From assembly GCA_963833985.1 (NCBI GenBank), contig CAWIAD010000001.1, positions 160,001 to 224,000 of the forward strand: DNA of 64,000 nt. The letters are read 5' to 3'. The stretch is from an uncultured Planctomycetaceae bacterium. Lineage in GTDB: Bacteria; Planctomycetota; Planctomycetia; Isosphaerales; Isosphaeraceae. Below are positions 62,585 through 64,000 of this stretch, in pieces. The notes below the pieces were generated by a model, which did not search any database, had not been told where the DNA came from, and was given only the letters and a program-made list of their open reading frames with translations. A program made the translations under genes and the position numbers. Position 1 is the first letter of the stretch, and the number at the start of each line of letters is the position of its first letter.

Positions 62585-63181
62585 ATGACGATGCTGTCAG
62601 ATCCGGGGCTACCGGACGATCTCACCCGGACGTTGCTCGATGCCCAGAAGGGTGATCAACTGGCATGGGAGACACTTTTTCGAGAGTGTTATCCCAAGGT
62701 GCGCCGGGTTGTACGGCGCAAGCTCGATCGCTCGATGCGATCTCTGTTTGACTCGACCGATTTCGCCAGTGACGTCATGAAGAGCCTGGCGGCGAATCTC
62801 AATCACCTGAGCTTTGGCTCGGTGGATTGCCTGTTCAAGTTCCTTGCGCAGGTCGCCGAACAGAAGGTCATTGACGAGCATCGCCGGCGACACTCGCTGA
62901 AGCGAGACGTGACCCGGGAGCGCCGGTTCTCGATGGACGAGAACGCGGCCGGTCCGGTATTGCTTCCTTCCGCCGAGCCCACCGCGAGTCAGCAGGCTCA
63001 GGCAAACGAGGTCCAGGAGCGGTTGCTGGATCGGCAGGACGAGATCGAGCGGATGATCATCGATCTCAAGCACCAGGGATACTCCACGGCGGATATCGCC
63101 GATATGACTGGCTGGAACATCCGCAAGGTTCAGCGGTTCCTCAAGGATCTTCACGATTCCCTGGACGATGGTGGAAGCTGA
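62585..63181 (+). CDS. ECF-type RNA polymerase sigma factor
   Basis: GD..AW..LF...Y..V, D..DF...V, KVIDE.RR...LKRD, GYSTADIA...G...R.VQR; GGGGAGG RBS. Confidence 0.88.
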   Translation: MTMLSDPGLPDDLTRTLLDAQKGDQLAWETLFRECYPKVRRVVRRKLDRSMRSLFDSTDFASDVMKSLAANLNHLSFGSVDCLFKFLAQVAEQKVIDEHRRRHSLKRDVTRERRFSMDENAAGPVLLPSAEPTASQQAQANEVQERLLDRQDEIERMIIDLKHQGYSTADIADMTGWNIRKVQRFLKDLHDSLDDGGS

Positions 63182-63183
63182 CC

Positions 63184-64000
63184 ATGAAGTCCCTCCTCGC
63201 CTCGGCTCGTGTCTCCACCGAGCCGGACCAGGTAGGCCGCGACGTAGACCTGCTGGAGGAGGAATGGCAGAGACACGGCGAGGTGTCCCTGGATCGGTTC
63301 TGGCATATTTGCAAAACCAGGGTAAAGAAGGGCGTGTCTGACCGTCTTGGGCACCTGGCCGCGTTGATCAAGGCCGATCTCCGGTGTCGATTCGAGCGTG
63401 GGCAGAAGGTCGAGGTCGCCGGCTACCTCGACCAATTCCCCGAGCTTCGCCAGGATCAGAGCCGGGTCATCAGCCTGATCTACGAGGAATTTTGCCTGCG
63501 CGAGGAGCAAGGCGAGGCACCGGATGTCGATCGGTTCTGCGCGCGCTACCCGGACTGGCAAGATTCGCTGCTCTCCCAGTTGCAATACCACCGGCTCCTG
63601 AGCCGTGCCGCCGGCCTGACCGCGCCGCAGGTCCGGTTTCCCACACCCGGAGATCAATTCGAGGAATTCCAGCTTGTCTCCATGATCGGCAAGGGCGGAT
63701 CGTCGCGGGTCTTTCTGGCCAGGGACCTCTCGCTGGGTGGTAAGCGAGTGGTTCTGAAAGTGTCGCTCGACCGGGGCCAGGAGCCGAAAACCCAGGGTGC
63801 GCTGGACCATCCGCACATCGTGCCGGTGCATGGGGTGGCGTACCAGCCAGCTCAAGGCCTGAGGGGCCTGTCGATGCCCCACCGTCCCGGGTTGCCGCTG
63901 GATGAGATCATCAGGCAGGTGAATCCGGCCCGGCGGCCCAGGGCCGCGAGGGATCTCTGGGACGCCCTGGTCCGCGGAACCGCGTGCGACGAGACTGGCG
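63184..64000 (+). CDS. Ser/Thr protein kinase, N-terminal part (runs off the window)
   Basis: Manual translation: ...LIKADLR...SLIYEEFCLREE...IGKGGSSRVFLA...VVLKVS...LDHPHIVPV; starts 3 nt after the sigma stop. Confidence 0.85.
   Translation, partial: MKSLLASARVSTEPDQVGRDVDLLEEEWQRHGEVSLDRFWHICKTRVKKGVSDRLGHLAALIKADLRCRFERGQKVEVAGYLDQFPELRQDQSRVISLIYEEFCLREEQGEAPDVDRFCARYPDWQDSLLSQLQYHRLLSRAAGLTAPQVRFPTPGDQFEEFQLVSMIGKGGSSRVFLARDLSLGGKRVVLKVSLDRGQEPKTQGALDHPHIVPVHGVAYQPAQGLRGLSMPHRPGLPLDEIIRQVNPARRPRAARDLWDALVRGTACDETG

Overview
GC-rich bacterial chromosomal window, very likely a planctomycete of the Isosphaeraceae type. This is inferred from the DUF1559 pilin-like gene, LExRxLLS-type secretion leaders, several Ser/Thr kinases with WD40 repeats, an ECF sigma-kinase pair and a CRTAC1-like protein. 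Left part: a partial Ser/Thr kinase, REP-like palindromes, a sulfite-oxidase-family plus oxalate-decarboxylase operon, and a toxin-antitoxin islet duplicated next to tRNA-Gln(CTG). Middle part: an inorganic-carbon uptake cluster (dabA, dabB, an extra NuoM-like subunit, and an SbtA with an N-terminal extracytoplasmic domain), cysteine synthase-like and yjbQ genes, secreted proteins, an RHH-like/Uma2 pair, an IS630-like remnant, and a ~2400 aa internally duplicated beta-helix/Calx-beta protein. Right part: a Cu/Ag-type RND operon (cusB/cusA) led by a DUF1559 gene and a Cys-containing ORF ending in RPPR, with no outer-membrane factor; a eukaryote-type phosphoethanolamine N-methyltransferase + APC permease + phosphatidylcholine synthase operon; and a signalling block (kinase-WD40, HTH, short repeat peptide, ECF sigma, kinase). 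About eight frameshifts, mostly single-base losses in short homopolymers, look like long-read assembly errors rather than pseudogenes. No CRISPR array or rRNA was seen. All assignments come from motif recognition by eye; no searches were run.
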